DNA of 58,940 nucleotides from a virus (IMGVR_UViG_3300050821_002544); one strand, 5' to 3'; counted from the stretch's first letter, positions 48,999 to 57,206 are shown. A program made the numbers and translations. The notes: generated by a model from the sequence alone, not told the origin.

Positions 48999-49691
48999 TT
49001 ATCCTTTCTGAAATACTAGCTTCTTATAGCTAAGAAGTCTCTTACGATTAGACGCAAGAATAGGACTAGAAGCAACCGCAGTCATCACGTTCCCTATATC
49101 AGGTTCAATGAACGAATAGGCTTTTCCTCCCACATGTTCAATATCTGCAATAGCAGTATCCAAACCCTTTTGATCTGGAACACCAATCACTGCAAAATAG
49201 AGTTCATCAAAATTCTTAAAAGTAATTTGATTAAAGCCCATCTTCGCAGCAACATGCGCTGCCTGTACCAATTGATACTCAGGAGAAATATCCTGTCTCA
49301 CAAAGATATAAGAATAGTGTCTCTTCTGTTCTTCCTGAGTGATCTTATACTTGTCAAATACATCAGACACAATCTGAGTGAATTGATTCAATTCATCGAC
49401 TGTTTCCAATGGTGAGAAAAGTTGTGCGGGGTCTTTCTTCTGCATCTTGCAAAACCAATGCAAGGATGACAAAAGATTTCTTACTTTCTGCCAGGGTTCG
49501 TTACCGTTATCAAGTTTGTTCTTTCTTGTAATTGGTGTGAATGCACGGCGAATCAATTGATTCGCCGTAACATCCTTTGGTTGGATACTAACCGCATCCA
49601 TTGCCTTATAGATGCACAGTCGCATAACATCATATGCGGTCGTCTTCTTGGCACGTGCCAAGGTTTTATAATCTTCTCTAAAATTCTTCAT
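48999..49691 (-). CDS. Protein with a C-terminal PTH2-like peptidyl-tRNA hydrolase domain
   Basis: YIFVRQDIS...QLVQAAHVA, VIGVPDQKGL, FIEPDIGN.MTAVA..PI pattern of PTH2-family proteins; N-terminal ~120 aa unassigned. Confidence 0.7.
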   Translation of the reverse strand: MKNFREDYKTLARAKKTTAYDVMRLCIYKAMDAVSIQPKDVTANQLIRRAFTPITRKNKLDNGNEPWQKVRNLLSSLHWFCKMQKKDPAQLFSPLETVDELNQFTQIVSDVFDKYKITQEEQKRHYSYIFVRQDISPEYQLVQAAHVAAKMGFNQITFKNFDELYFAVIGVPDQKGLDTAIADIEHVGGKAYSFIEPDIGNVMTAVASSPILASNRKRLLSYKKLVFQKG

Positions 49692-49790
49692 TTTCGTTCT
49701 CTCCGTTAATATGTAATAGTAATCAATAATCGTCTTGACTATTACACACGGAGGACCGTGTACATAATATAATTTCTACGTGTCAGGCTT

Positions 49791-49871
49791 CTACAAACCT
49801 TCGTATTCATCCCAATGCTTTTCATTTCCTATTGGAATGATAGCAATCATACCAGTTTTTTCGTTCTTCAT
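49791..49871 (-). CDS. 26-codon leader ORF (MKNEKTGMIAIIPIGNEKHWDEYEGL, amber stop), in frame with the PTH2-like gene
   Basis: GGAG SD 7 nt before the ATG; ends at TAG; frame continues through a second TAG to ATG 49691 with no TAA/TGA. Confidence 0.6.
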   Translation of the reverse strand: MKNEKTGMIAIIPIGNEKHWDEYEGL

Positions 49872-49887
49872 AATCATTCTCCAAAAT

Positions 49888-49961
49888 TGGTTCCCTAGAC
49901 AGGAATCGAACCCGCTTACAAGAATTTAGAGTTCCCTGCTAAACCAATCAGCTACTAGGGA
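49888..49961 (-). tRNA. Amber suppressor tRNA, anticodon CUA
   Basis: TCCCTAG/CTAGGGA acceptor, A73, CCA encoded; D-stem GCTG/TAGC; anticodon arm GGGAA-CTCTAAA-TTCTT; T-arm GCGGG-TTCGATT-CCTGT. Confidence 0.88.
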
Positions 49962-49969
49962 ATATTCTC

Positions 49970-49977
49970 TATTTATA
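49970..49977 (-). promoter_or_regulatory. Perfect T4 late promoter TATAAATA upstream of the suppressor tRNA
   Basis: Exact consensus 8 nt upstream of the tRNA 5' end. Confidence 0.75.
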
Positions 49978-50428
49978 CTTGTCGTCCATCAAATCGTTTC
50001 TGGGCGGCGAGAGCCGCTTCATCTTCAAATTCAAACGTATCAAGGTTATCACTAAATCGTCCTGGTGGACGATGATAGTCACAATAATCAGTGTAAGAAG
50101 AAGGATCAAAAGAACAATATGGACATTTGCCACCATGTTCTTTTAAGGTCTGTACCATCTTTTTATCTTCACGTTCTTTCTTAACTGATTCTAATTTCAG
50201 AAGCGCATTCTCTTGTGTGATAATCGCTAAGAGCGTAGATTGATCTACAAGTGCAGTATGCCAAACTTTGACACCTCCACCAATTTCATCAGAAATATAA
50301 CAACGACCTTGTTCTGTCGTTTCCCAATATCCGGTACAACCGTTGGGTAAACGGAAATTTCCCTTTTCAGGGATCGCCGGTAAAGTACCTGCTGATAAAT
50401 CTTGCCATTTTACATCATCATAATTCAT
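49973..50428 (-). CDS. Hypothetical protein with a C-terminal CPYC...YCDYH metal-binding motif
   Basis: 151-aa ORF behind a sigma70 promoter. Confidence 0.65.
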   Translation of the reverse strand: MNYDDVKWQDLSAGTLPAIPEKGNFRLPNGCTGYWETTEQGRCYISDEIGGGVKVWHTALVDQSTLLAIITQENALLKLESVKKEREDKKMVQTLKEHGGKCPYCSFDPSSYTDYCDYHRPPGRFSDNLDTFEFEDEAALAAQKRFDGRQV

Positions 50429-50436
50429 AGTACACC

Positions 50437-50465
50437 ATCTTACAGAGTAATTTCTTAATAGTCAA
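50437..50465 (-). promoter_or_regulatory. sigma70-type early promoter TTGACT-N17-TAAGAT
   Basis: Motif match; spacer starts ATTAAGAAAT as at 54637-54665. Confidence 0.75.
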
Positions 50466-50487
50466 CGGAATTTGACATTTCCTTATA

Positions 50488-50515
50488 AATCAATGACTTA
50501 TGTAAGTGCTTGATT
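50488..50515. promoter_or_regulatory. Inverted pair of IHF-consensus sites
   Basis: AATCAATGACTTA-tg-TAAGTGCTTGATT; both arms match WATCAANNNNTTR. Confidence 0.6.
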
Positions 50516-50571
50516 CTATTAGAAAATTTAAAGCCAATAGGAGGCTCTAGGAGCGGCGCAGTGCCTACCCT

Positions 50572-51258
50572 TCACCCTTGGGCTACCTTGCGCTGAAATG
50601 CCTCTGGATCGGCTCTAAAACGATCGAAAATCCTCTCACAAATTGACATTGACTCTTCAAAAACGACCGGACAGGGCGCATTTGGGGAAGCAATGATTAT
50701 GACAGCTTTTACCGGAATTATGTTAAATCGCTCTTTCATCATCTTTGAATATGCCGCGCATTGAATAAAGTAATCAAGTGCGTCAATTTTCTTCTTATCT
50801 GCCCAATTGTTCGTTTTGAAATCTACTATAGCAACTTCATTATCGAAGTCACCACAATAGTCAGGACTACCTGCTAGTTCTAATTCATCAGAATATATTG
50901 CTGCTTCTAAAAGTCTTATATTGTTCATTCTATTAAGAATGGGTTTCATCTTAATAAAGAGAGATTTGAAATTTGGATTAGTATTATCATCCCATGGAAT
51001 TTGTTCGTTTCTAAGATAATGTTCTATCGTATCATGGATGAAATTTCCACGGACTTGAGCATTATCGCGAATACGATTTGCTTCCTTCTCTCCTACCTTC
51101 TTACGCCACTTAACAAGTCCTGGCTTCTTAAAAGAGCGCGAAAGGAAAGTCGTTACTGATTCGTACGACTTTCCTTCTGGTGTAGTATAAAATCTCTTCC
51201 CATCCTCGGCAGTCACTTTTGTCATGACAGGAGGAATCACAAAGTCATGATTAAACAT
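50572..51258 (-). CDS. PD-(D/E)xK exonuclease (Cas4/RecB-like, conserved in T4-like phages)
   Basis: Y.SVTT.L, RG..IH..IE.YL.N, LAGSPD, IVDFKT, Y.IQ..AY..M. Confidence 0.88.
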   Translation of the reverse strand: MFNHDFVIPPVMTKVTAEDGKRFYTTPEGKSYESVTTFLSRSFKKPGLVKWRKKVGEKEANRIRDNAQVRGNFIHDTIEHYLRNEQIPWDDNTNPNFKSLFIKMKPILNRMNNIRLLEAAIYSDELELAGSPDYCGDFDNEVAIVDFKTNNWADKKKIDALDYFIQCAAYSKMMKERFNIIPVKAVIIIASPNAPCPVVFEESMSICERIFDRFRADPEAFQRKVAQG

Positions 51259-51412
51259 TATATACCCAAATTGAGAAACCTAACCAAACGAAAGTCCATA
51301 TAATCAAACTTCCAATTGTAACGATACCATAACCAGCCTCTAGAGGCTTAACAGCACGCGGAATTAGAAAACATACTATAAGCCATAATATAAATAATAC
51401 AACAATATGCAT
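51251..51412 (-). CDS. 53-aa two-TM membrane protein
   Basis: Manual translation MHIVVLFILWLIVCFLIPRAVKPLEAGYGIVTIGSLIIWTFVWLGFSIWVYNV; fills the gap and abuts both neighbours. Confidence 0.65.
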   Translation of the reverse strand: MHIVVLFILWLIVCFLIPRAVKPLEAGYGIVTIGSLIIWTFVWLGFSIWVYNV

Positions 51413-51805
51413 TTAAATCGCTCTTTCATCTTCACATGAAGCAGGAATACGAATATGCCACGGAGCAGATTCGGCATATTTAACTACTGCCTGTGCATCC
51501 TTGAATGCTTCATTATGCTTCTTATCTACTAACATTACCTGACCATCAGCATATGTGAAAACGGCAGATTCAATCAATGTGCATTGAGTAACAACAATAG
51601 CACTCAACAATACAGATTTAGGAATATTATTCGGTACAGATTCAAGAACACTATTATCAGTATTTTGTTCTCCATCTGTTATAGGCATATTATCAACAAC
51701 CTTAGTTCCTGCTGGAAATGTAATTGTCTTACCATGTTGAATAGGTAACGTAGAAGCACAGCCTGCTAGTACACTCAATCCAATAACTGCAAATAGTTTA
51801 TTCAT
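51413..51805 (-). CDS. Lipoprotein
   Basis: Signal peptide II MNKLFAVIGLSVLAGC with LAGC lipobox. Confidence 0.75.
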   Translation of the reverse strand: MNKLFAVIGLSVLAGCASTLPIQHGKTITFPAGTKVVDNMPITDGEQNTDNSVLESVPNNIPKSVLLSAIVVTQCTLIESAVFTYADGQVMLVDKKHNEAFKDAQAVVKYAESAPWHIRIPASCEDERAI

Positions 51806-52317
51806 AATTTCTTTCTATTCCTCATTTTCTTTAATGACTCTTCTGAGTGCTTTCTTCCAAACATTGGATTGTTTGCACCAATTCTTTTCAACAAATAATC
51901 AGCGTTGCGCATCTTTTCTTTAGATTCATCAGAACGTTTCTTACCAGTATTACCATAATTTGGATTTTCTCTATAACCTTTCTTAGCTGCTTCTGAATAT
52001 CGCCTTCTTGATTCTTCTGTTAGAATCACATTAACAACACCATCACCACCTAAAGTCATATTATATCCGTGTTTATCAACCGTTGATTGACATTCTTGAA
52101 TCCAATATTTCTCTCTTTCAACAGCAAGTTCTTTTGTTAACCCACTATCTAATACGAATAATTCGAAATTATCAGAACCATACTTATCTATAGCTGCCGT
52201 TAAGGCGAACCCTCTTTTATAATGTTCGAACATTCTCATTTCTGGTGACTTTTTAGTCAAACCAACATAACATTTACCATTCACTTTGTTTGTGATCTTA
52301 TACACCGAATAATTCAT
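51802..52317 (-). mobile_element. GIY-YIG (Seg-like) homing endonuclease with NUMOD3 repeats
   Basis: SVYKITNKVNGKCYVGLT, EKYWI, GYNMTLGGDG, GRKHSEESLKKM. Confidence 0.9.
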
Positions 52318-52367
52318 AATACCATTGTGCTCTTAAGACTTATAATAGTATATAGTAAAATATGACT

Positions 52368-53061
52368 TTACAAAAAATTTATTCCCATTTCATGTTGAAT
52401 TGTCAGAAACTCTTTACATAGTCCTGACCTTACAATATCCTCAATACCAAATTCAACAAAGGCAAACGACGGCATCTTTTGAATAATATTCATAAAATTA
52501 TGAAATCCATTTGCTTCATTTTTCTTTAAATCGGATTGTCTAAAATCACCACAATAAATCAACTTACAATCATTTCCGGCGCGCGTAATTAAAGTAGAAC
52601 ACTCTCCACCAGAAAAATTTTGTATTTCATCTGCGACTACGATACAATTACGGAAAGTTAATCCTCTTAGATGCGATGTAGTAACAAATTCTACTGTCAT
52701 CTTATTCTTAAGAACATCGTAGGCATCACCACGTCCGAATAGATCGCCACAAATTTCATAATAAGGTTCTTCATATACTTTCGCTTTTTTCTTTTGCGGA
52801 ACCAGGAAGAAAACCAATATCACGAGAAGGAACAACAGAACGTACAATAACAACTTTACTATATTCTTTATTCTTCATCACTTCCTCTAAAGCCAAAAAG
52901 AGTCCTATAAAAGTTTTGCCAGTACCTGCCACACCATGGAGCATCAAATGTTTCCCTTGATCGTATTGTTGAAATGCCAGATTCTGATTGTCCGTTAGCG
53001 GCTTGATATTCCTTAATGAGAAGTGCTGCGGATTCTTCGCTTTCTTGTTGGCTCTTGACAT
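52368..53061 (-). pseudogene. phoH: PhoH-family ATPase interrupted by a +1 frameshift in an A6 run (52785-52790)
   Basis: N-part GVAGTGKT, RSVVPSRDIGFLPG; C-part YEEPY, TTSHLRGLTF, DEIQN, GDFRQSDL, DIVRSG; removing one A restores AKEKAKVYEEPY. Confidence 0.8.
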
Positions 53062-53202
53062 GTTGACTCCATCTGTTATTTGCAGAAACGAAAAAAGGCT
53101 CGACAGTGTTACCTGTGAGCCTCTTATGTGTCACCTTATTCATGGATCACTAACGAAATACGATAAAGTTATGGGACTTCATTTAATTCTATGGGTTTCC
53201 TC

Positions 53203-53529
53203 TTAGCCGTGAAGTTTTTTATGAAGTTTCAAGGCATGCTTTTTTACAATTTCACGTGTCTTGATTTGCTTGTTTGTTTTATTCTTACGATACTTGTTAC
53301 CTAGAACAGTATTCGGATGATGCTCTCCGATTTTTGCCAATACTTCCTTAAAAGTATTATCAGTTTGACCATCAAGACTTCCGAATGTACGTCCATTATA
53401 AGTCACTGCTGGCGCAGATTCTATCGTGCGTTTTAATTCCGGATGATCTGCAACATACTCATCATACTCAGATATCTTGAGGTCTACGGTAATAAGCATT
53501 CCAGACTTTGATCTAAAAGTGTATGTCAT
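53203..53529 (-). CDS. Conserved T4-like protein (FmdB-like family, Cys-less)
   Basis: TYTFR, EYDEY...HPEL, TDNTFKEVL.KI...HP; late promoter at 53535-53541. Confidence 0.7.
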   Translation of the reverse strand: MTYTFRSKSGMLITVDLKISEYDEYVADHPELKRTIESAPAVTYNGRTFGSLDGQTDNTFKEVLAKIGEHHPNTVLGNKYRKNKTNKQIKTREIVKKHALKLHKKLHG

Positions 53530-53541
53530 GTTTTTATTTAG

Positions 53542-53742
53542 TCATGGTTTTTGCAAAATATACAATGGTGGTGTAAAAACTTTTCCTGATTCGATCAATT
53601 CTCTCAAAGTTAACAACTGCGCGCCAGATAGGTCTTCCCACAATCCATTATCTGCAATGAACTGATATGCCTCGACCTTATCATGATCGTTAGAGTTAAC
53701 AGCACCGGCAATAATTGCCAGTGCCGTATCCTTAAGAACCAC
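53542..53742 (-). CDS. Hypothetical protein
   Basis: 66-aa ORF in tight operon packing. Confidence 0.55.
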   Translation of the reverse strand: MVLKDTALAIIAGAVNSNDHDKVEAYQFIADNGLWEDLSGAQLLTLRELIESGKVFTPPLYILQKP

Positions 53743-53941
53743 GTTTGCCGTACACTATAGATTGAGACGCGTCGTGAGCAAGAACCATTAATGATACCAT
53801 TGCACAACTCTGATAAAAATCAAAATTGAATACTTTCGTACCAATATATGCTAACAACATGTAGAAGGCAAGAATAATTATATAGAATATCAAGCCAATT
53901 ATATATCGAATTGTCTTACCTTTAAAGTTCAATTCTTGCAT
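53732..53941 (-). CDS. Small membrane protein
   Basis: MQELNF... with two hydrophobic segments; start reassigned to 53941. Confidence 0.6.
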   Translation of the reverse strand: MQELNFKGKTIRYIIGLIFYIIILAFYMLLAYIGTKVFNFDFYQSCAMVSLMVLAHDASQSIVYGKRGS

Positions 53942-53942
53942 A

Positions 53943-54185
53943 TTATGCAGTCTTCTTTTTAGAAGAATTAAATTGCGTAAAATTGCGCAATCCAATACAA
54001 TAGACAGCAAGATATGTCCATATATTATGTGGAATATGCCAGCCCCAATGTGCTTGTTCAGAAAACGTATTAACTGCCCACAATGTGAGTACAGGAGCAA
54101 GAAGGAACAATCCTACAAATAGGACCATTAGAACACCAACCCCTAGAAATTGGATAAGCCATTGCACAGCTTTATCGTTTGACAT
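53943..54185 (-). CDS. Small membrane protein
   Basis: Hydrophobic LIQFLGVGVLMVLFVGLFLLAPVLTLW. Confidence 0.65.
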   Translation of the reverse strand: MSNDKAVQWLIQFLGVGVLMVLFVGLFLLAPVLTLWAVNTFSEQAHWGWHIPHNIWTYLAVYCIGLRNFTQFNSSKKKTA

Positions 54186-54593
54186 TTAGTATTCTCCTGA
54201 TCCACTGTTATAGTTCAGACCAAGAGAATCACGAACATCAGCAAATTCACGATCTGAAATTTGTGTGATTTCTGCGTCTTTGTCAAGAACAGGAATAGAA
54301 CCATCATCGGCAACTTCTACTGCTGACGACTTTATGACTGCCTTTGGCACTTCGATAGAGTTCTTACGAAACTGCGGAACTTTCGCATCAGTCTCAACTA
54401 GCTTATAGCCAATAACCTTGCGTCCATTACGAACAGAAACAATCTTCACCTTGAACTGATTCTTCAATTCATGGATATAGACAGGAACGGACATTAGCTT
54501 CACTCCTAGAGTCTCCGCAATAACATCCTTAGAAACAGTTCCGCCAGCCTTTAGAAGTTGGAACAGAACAAAGTTTTGTGTATTCTTAGCCAC
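54186..54593 (-). CDS. Winged-helix DNA-binding protein
   Basis: LFQLLKAGGTVSKDVIAETLGV....VPVYIHELK...IVSVRNGRKVIGYKL; GAGG SD. Confidence 0.7.
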   Translation of the reverse strand: MAKNTQNFVLFQLLKAGGTVSKDVIAETLGVKLMSVPVYIHELKNQFKVKIVSVRNGRKVIGYKLVETDAKVPQFRKNSIEVPKAVIKSSAVEVADDGSIPVLDKDAEITQISDREFADVRDSLGLNYNSGSGEY

Positions 54594-54636
54594 AATAAGT
54601 AAACCTCATATTAAGTAAATCAAATCAACAGATACT

Positions 54637-54665
54637 AGTATACGCTATTATTTCTTAATAGTCAA
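54637..54665 (-). promoter_or_regulatory. sigma70-type early promoter TTGACT-N17-TATACT
   Basis: Motif match with a 17-nt spacer. Confidence 0.75.
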
Positions 54666-54863
54666 GAAAAATTCTAGCGCTTTTAGACGTGCTTTGATAC
54701 ATGTCTGACAGAACTTTACCATGCCGTGAACGTCACGGACTTGTAATTCTTTGCCGCTCACTGCCTTATACGTAGGACCGGTATTATAGCCGGGAGCATT
54801 CCCCGTACCGCATTCAGGACATTTCAAATTAGACCACGCTTGACTGCTTCTACTTCTGCCCAT
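54648..54863 (-). CDS. Small Zn-ribbon protein
   Basis: CPEC...CQTC. Confidence 0.55.
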   Translation of the reverse strand: MGRSRSSQAWSNLKCPECGTGNAPGYNTGPTYKAVSGKELQVRDVHGMVKFCQTCIKARLKALEFFLTIKK

Positions 54864-55066
54864 TTTGAATAGTGCGGAATCTTAAGACCAGCCGCATACA
54901 GAATAAACTTATTACCAGACTCAGACAGGACACGCTTGTACCAATCATAATTGTATTGATACATCGCATGTTGCTTTGTTAGCTTAGACCACTTATCGCG
55001 GTTAGCTTGAACATGAGAATCTGACCATGGGACAAACTCTTCCTCGAAAAACATATCAAGAGTCAT
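54824..55066 (-). CDS. Hypothetical protein
   Basis: 80-aa ORF abutting the upstream gene. Confidence 0.55.
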   Translation of the reverse strand: MTLDMFFEEEFVPWSDSHVQANRDKWSKLTKQHAMYQYNYDWYKRVLSESGNKFILYAAGLKIPHYSKWAEVEAVKRGLI

Positions 55067-55067
55067 A

Positions 55068-55769
55068 TTAGAAATCCGTAAGAAGTTCGTTCATTTCACG
55101 ATCCAGCGCTGCGCCTGCCGTAGAAGTAGCTGGCATTTCTACTAACTCCTTCACATTCGGTTTTGTACGCGGCTGAGACTTACCCCATCCCTTATGCCAA
55201 ATCTTGGCACAGACAGGACCATAACCCACCGCAAGCGATTCTACGGTGTCTAGCGGCTTGCTGCAATAGCAACAAGAATGATTCAGCTTGCCATAATCGG
55301 CAGCGACTTGTTCAGGATCATTCGCAAATGCTTCCACCATTTGAAGAACATCAGCCTGAGTAAAACTATCTTTGGAATACCATCGGATGCCTTCACCCTT
55401 AACAATCTTACCATAGGAATCGGTCCCGAACCCACCCGAACCCAAGAAAACGGTATTAGGATGATTGCGCGATGTATTCAGACGCAGCGAACGACCACCA
55501 GTAGTCTTAAGATTGATTTTTGGATATTTTAGCGACTTCTGAGCATTCTCAAAAAGCGTAAAAATCTTAGAATCGTCAAAAGACGGCTTGACTACCTCTT
55601 TCGGCTTTTCATTAAGAATTTCATTCACAAGCTTGTCCACATGGAACAATTGCTTTGTGGAGGCATTTGGTCGATTCGCAATCGACCCCGCAAAAATAAT
55701 TGTAGAGGTTCCCTTGACAAGACCATTCTTGAGAAAGGTTTGGAGTGCGATTTGATTCTTTGTGAACAT
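55068..55769 (-). CDS. Protein with a C-terminal DUF6011-like Zn motif
   Basis: CCYCSKPL...SLAVGYGPVCA. Confidence 0.7.
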   Translation of the reverse strand: MFTKNQIALQTFLKNGLVKGTSTIIFAGSIANRPNASTKQLFHVDKLVNEILNEKPKEVVKPSFDDSKIFTLFENAQKSLKYPKINLKTTGGRSLRLNTSRNHPNTVFLGSGGFGTDSYGKIVKGEGIRWYSKDSFTQADVLQMVEAFANDPEQVAADYGKLNHSCCYCSKPLDTVESLAVGYGPVCAKIWHKGWGKSQPRTKPNVKELVEMPATSTAGAALDREMNELLTDF

Positions 55770-55775
55770 GGGAGT

Positions 55776-55803
55776 ATTATACGCTATTAAGGAAATCTTG
55801 CAA
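55776..55803 (-). promoter_or_regulatory. sigma70-type promoter TTGCAA-N16-TATAAT
   Basis: Perfect -10; shares TAATAGCGTATA with the 54637 promoter; ATG 6 nt downstream. Confidence 0.7.
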
Positions 55804-55821
55804 GATAATTAATCTTATGTA

Positions 55822-55850
55822 GATCAATCACTTAGCGTAAGTGATTGATT
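55822..55850. promoter_or_regulatory. Inverted pair of IHF-consensus sites (12-bp perfect palindrome)
   Basis: ATCAATCACTTA-gcg-TAAGTGATTGAT. Confidence 0.6.
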
Positions 55851-56057
55851 CTAAAGCGCTTCCTTGTTGACCGGACTATAAAACCACAATCCATTATGGT
55901 ATGACAGAATACCAATATCACCGAGTTTGACATTATGCGGTTTAGAGATACCCATCAGAATATCAATACCAGAACCATCCGTAATCATCATCTCATTGAC
56001 GATAACACGATCCGGTAGAATCTCTACTACTTCTACCTTTTTATGATTAACCACCAT
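55851..56057 (-). CDS. Hypothetical protein
   Basis: 68-aa ORF overlapping the upstream stop. Confidence 0.55.
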   Translation of the reverse strand: MVVNHKKVEVVEILPDRVIVNEMMITDGSGIDILMGISKPHNVKLGDIGILSYHNGLWFYSPVNKEAL

Positions 56058-56232
56058 AAACCATTCCCTTGTGCGTCTCGCCGCACAGTTTGCATTCGAA
56101 AGTCATAACATCACGACCTTGGAAATCTTCCTCAATATTGAGAAATTTGGTATCTGGCACCGGGACACGTTCCTCGCATCCCGCACAATATACCGTTGCC
56201 ACTCTTTCACCGTACATCTTAAATCCTACCAA
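56047..56232 (-). CDS. Small Zn-ribbon protein
   Basis: CAGC...CKLC. Confidence 0.6.
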   Translation of the reverse strand: MVGFKMYGERVATVYCAGCEERVPVPDTKFLNIEEDFQGRDVMTFECKLCGETHKGMVYGG

Positions 56233-57142
56233 CGTTATGCTTCACGCGGAAGCAAGTCTGTTTCGCCAAATTCTGCCAGTCGTTGCGATCCATTCGCATG
56301 AGAGCGGCAATCTTCAATACCATACGCAAACTCAATTCGCGCAACACTTCACAATTCGTATCGACAAAACGAAGCAGTTCGGCGGTATCGAAATCCGAAA
56401 GACCGTATTCCTTGAGCATTCCCTCTTCCACAACCATCGCAATTCGGACCATATAGTCCCGACGAGTATGCATCGCAAGATCAAGATAAATGCTACGTGA
56501 AATCATCGCTTCGAAGTGAGGAGCAAGACGCGAACCCTTTTCGATTGCAGCGTCAAAGTCCATGTTCGTAATGAACACGATAGAACCTTCGAAATCGAAT
56601 TTCGTCGGCAGACGTTCGCCACCATCATCTTCCATGCGCGTTTCAGCAAGCCAATGGAGAGTACGATTACGTGTCATATCGCAAGCACCTTTAAGAAGGT
56701 TCAGGCAAATGTCGTCACCGAAAATCGAATCCGAATCATCGAAAATTACGACGTGATTCTTAGTACGATTCTCATAGAGAACTTTATACAGTCCGGTAGG
56801 ACGCACAAAACCCTTGATGACGGTAACGATTCGTCCCATCTTTTCGTACTTTGCGGCAATCTTAAGAACACCGAAAGACTTACCAAGTCCCGCAGGACCA
56901 GAAATGATAAGAGACTTATTGACACCATTTACGGTTGCCTCAGTCATCTTATCCATTGCAGAAAAGCGATTCTTGAGTTTGATTCGAATCTGCTCGTCCG
57001 TCTCTATGACGGTAGGAGTAACAAACTCCTGAACAATCTTAAAGCTCTTATTAGAGAGAGTCTTAGAAGACTTGGGAACCTTTCCGTTAAGGATACGATT
57101 CTTAGTAAGCCGGAAACCAGCTTTAGGAACGCCACGTGGCAT
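56219..57142 (-). CDS. P-loop ATPase with a basic MPRGVPK N-terminus (conserved in large phages)
   Basis: SLIISGPAGLGKS, VIFDDSDS, LLKGACD, F.FEGSIVFITN; start reassigned to ATG 57142, TAATG-coupled to a 9-codon mini-ORF (57142-57171). Confidence 0.8.
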   Translation of the reverse strand: MPRGVPKAGFRLTKNRILNGKVPKSSKTLSNKSFKIVQEFVTPTVIETDEQIRIKLKNRFSAMDKMTEATVNGVNKSLIISGPAGLGKSFGVLKIAAKYEKMGRIVTVIKGFVRPTGLYKVLYENRTKNHVVIFDDSDSIFGDDICLNLLKGACDMTRNRTLHWLAETRMEDDGGERLPTKFDFEGSIVFITNMDFDAAIEKGSRLAPHFEAMISRSIYLDLAMHTRRDYMVRIAMVVEEGMLKEYGLSDFDTAELLRFVDTNCEVLRELSLRMVLKIAALMRMDRNDWQNLAKQTCFRVKHNVGRI

Positions 57143-57178
57143 TAGATTCTCACTCGGTTTGTCTTTAACATGGTGAGT

Positions 57179-57206
57179 ATTATACACTAGATAAGATTAA
57201 TAGCAA
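57179..57206 (-). promoter_or_regulatory. sigma70-type promoter TTGCTA-N16-TATAAT
   Basis: Perfect -10; ATG 7 nt downstream. Confidence 0.65.

Noticed and set aside
49730-49765. Plus-strand TTGACTATTA resembling the early-promoter -35 element
   Set aside because: No -10 hexamer at 16-18 nt spacing; left as a possible antisense promoter only
49888-49961. Pyrrolysine tRNA
   Set aside because: It has a canonical GG D-loop, TTCG T-loop and 5-bp anticodon stem, unlike tRNA-Pyl; no pyl genes seen
50572-51258. Cas4 as a sign of a CRISPR system
   Set aside because: Standard stand-alone PD-(D/E)xK exonuclease of T4-like phages; no array or other cas genes
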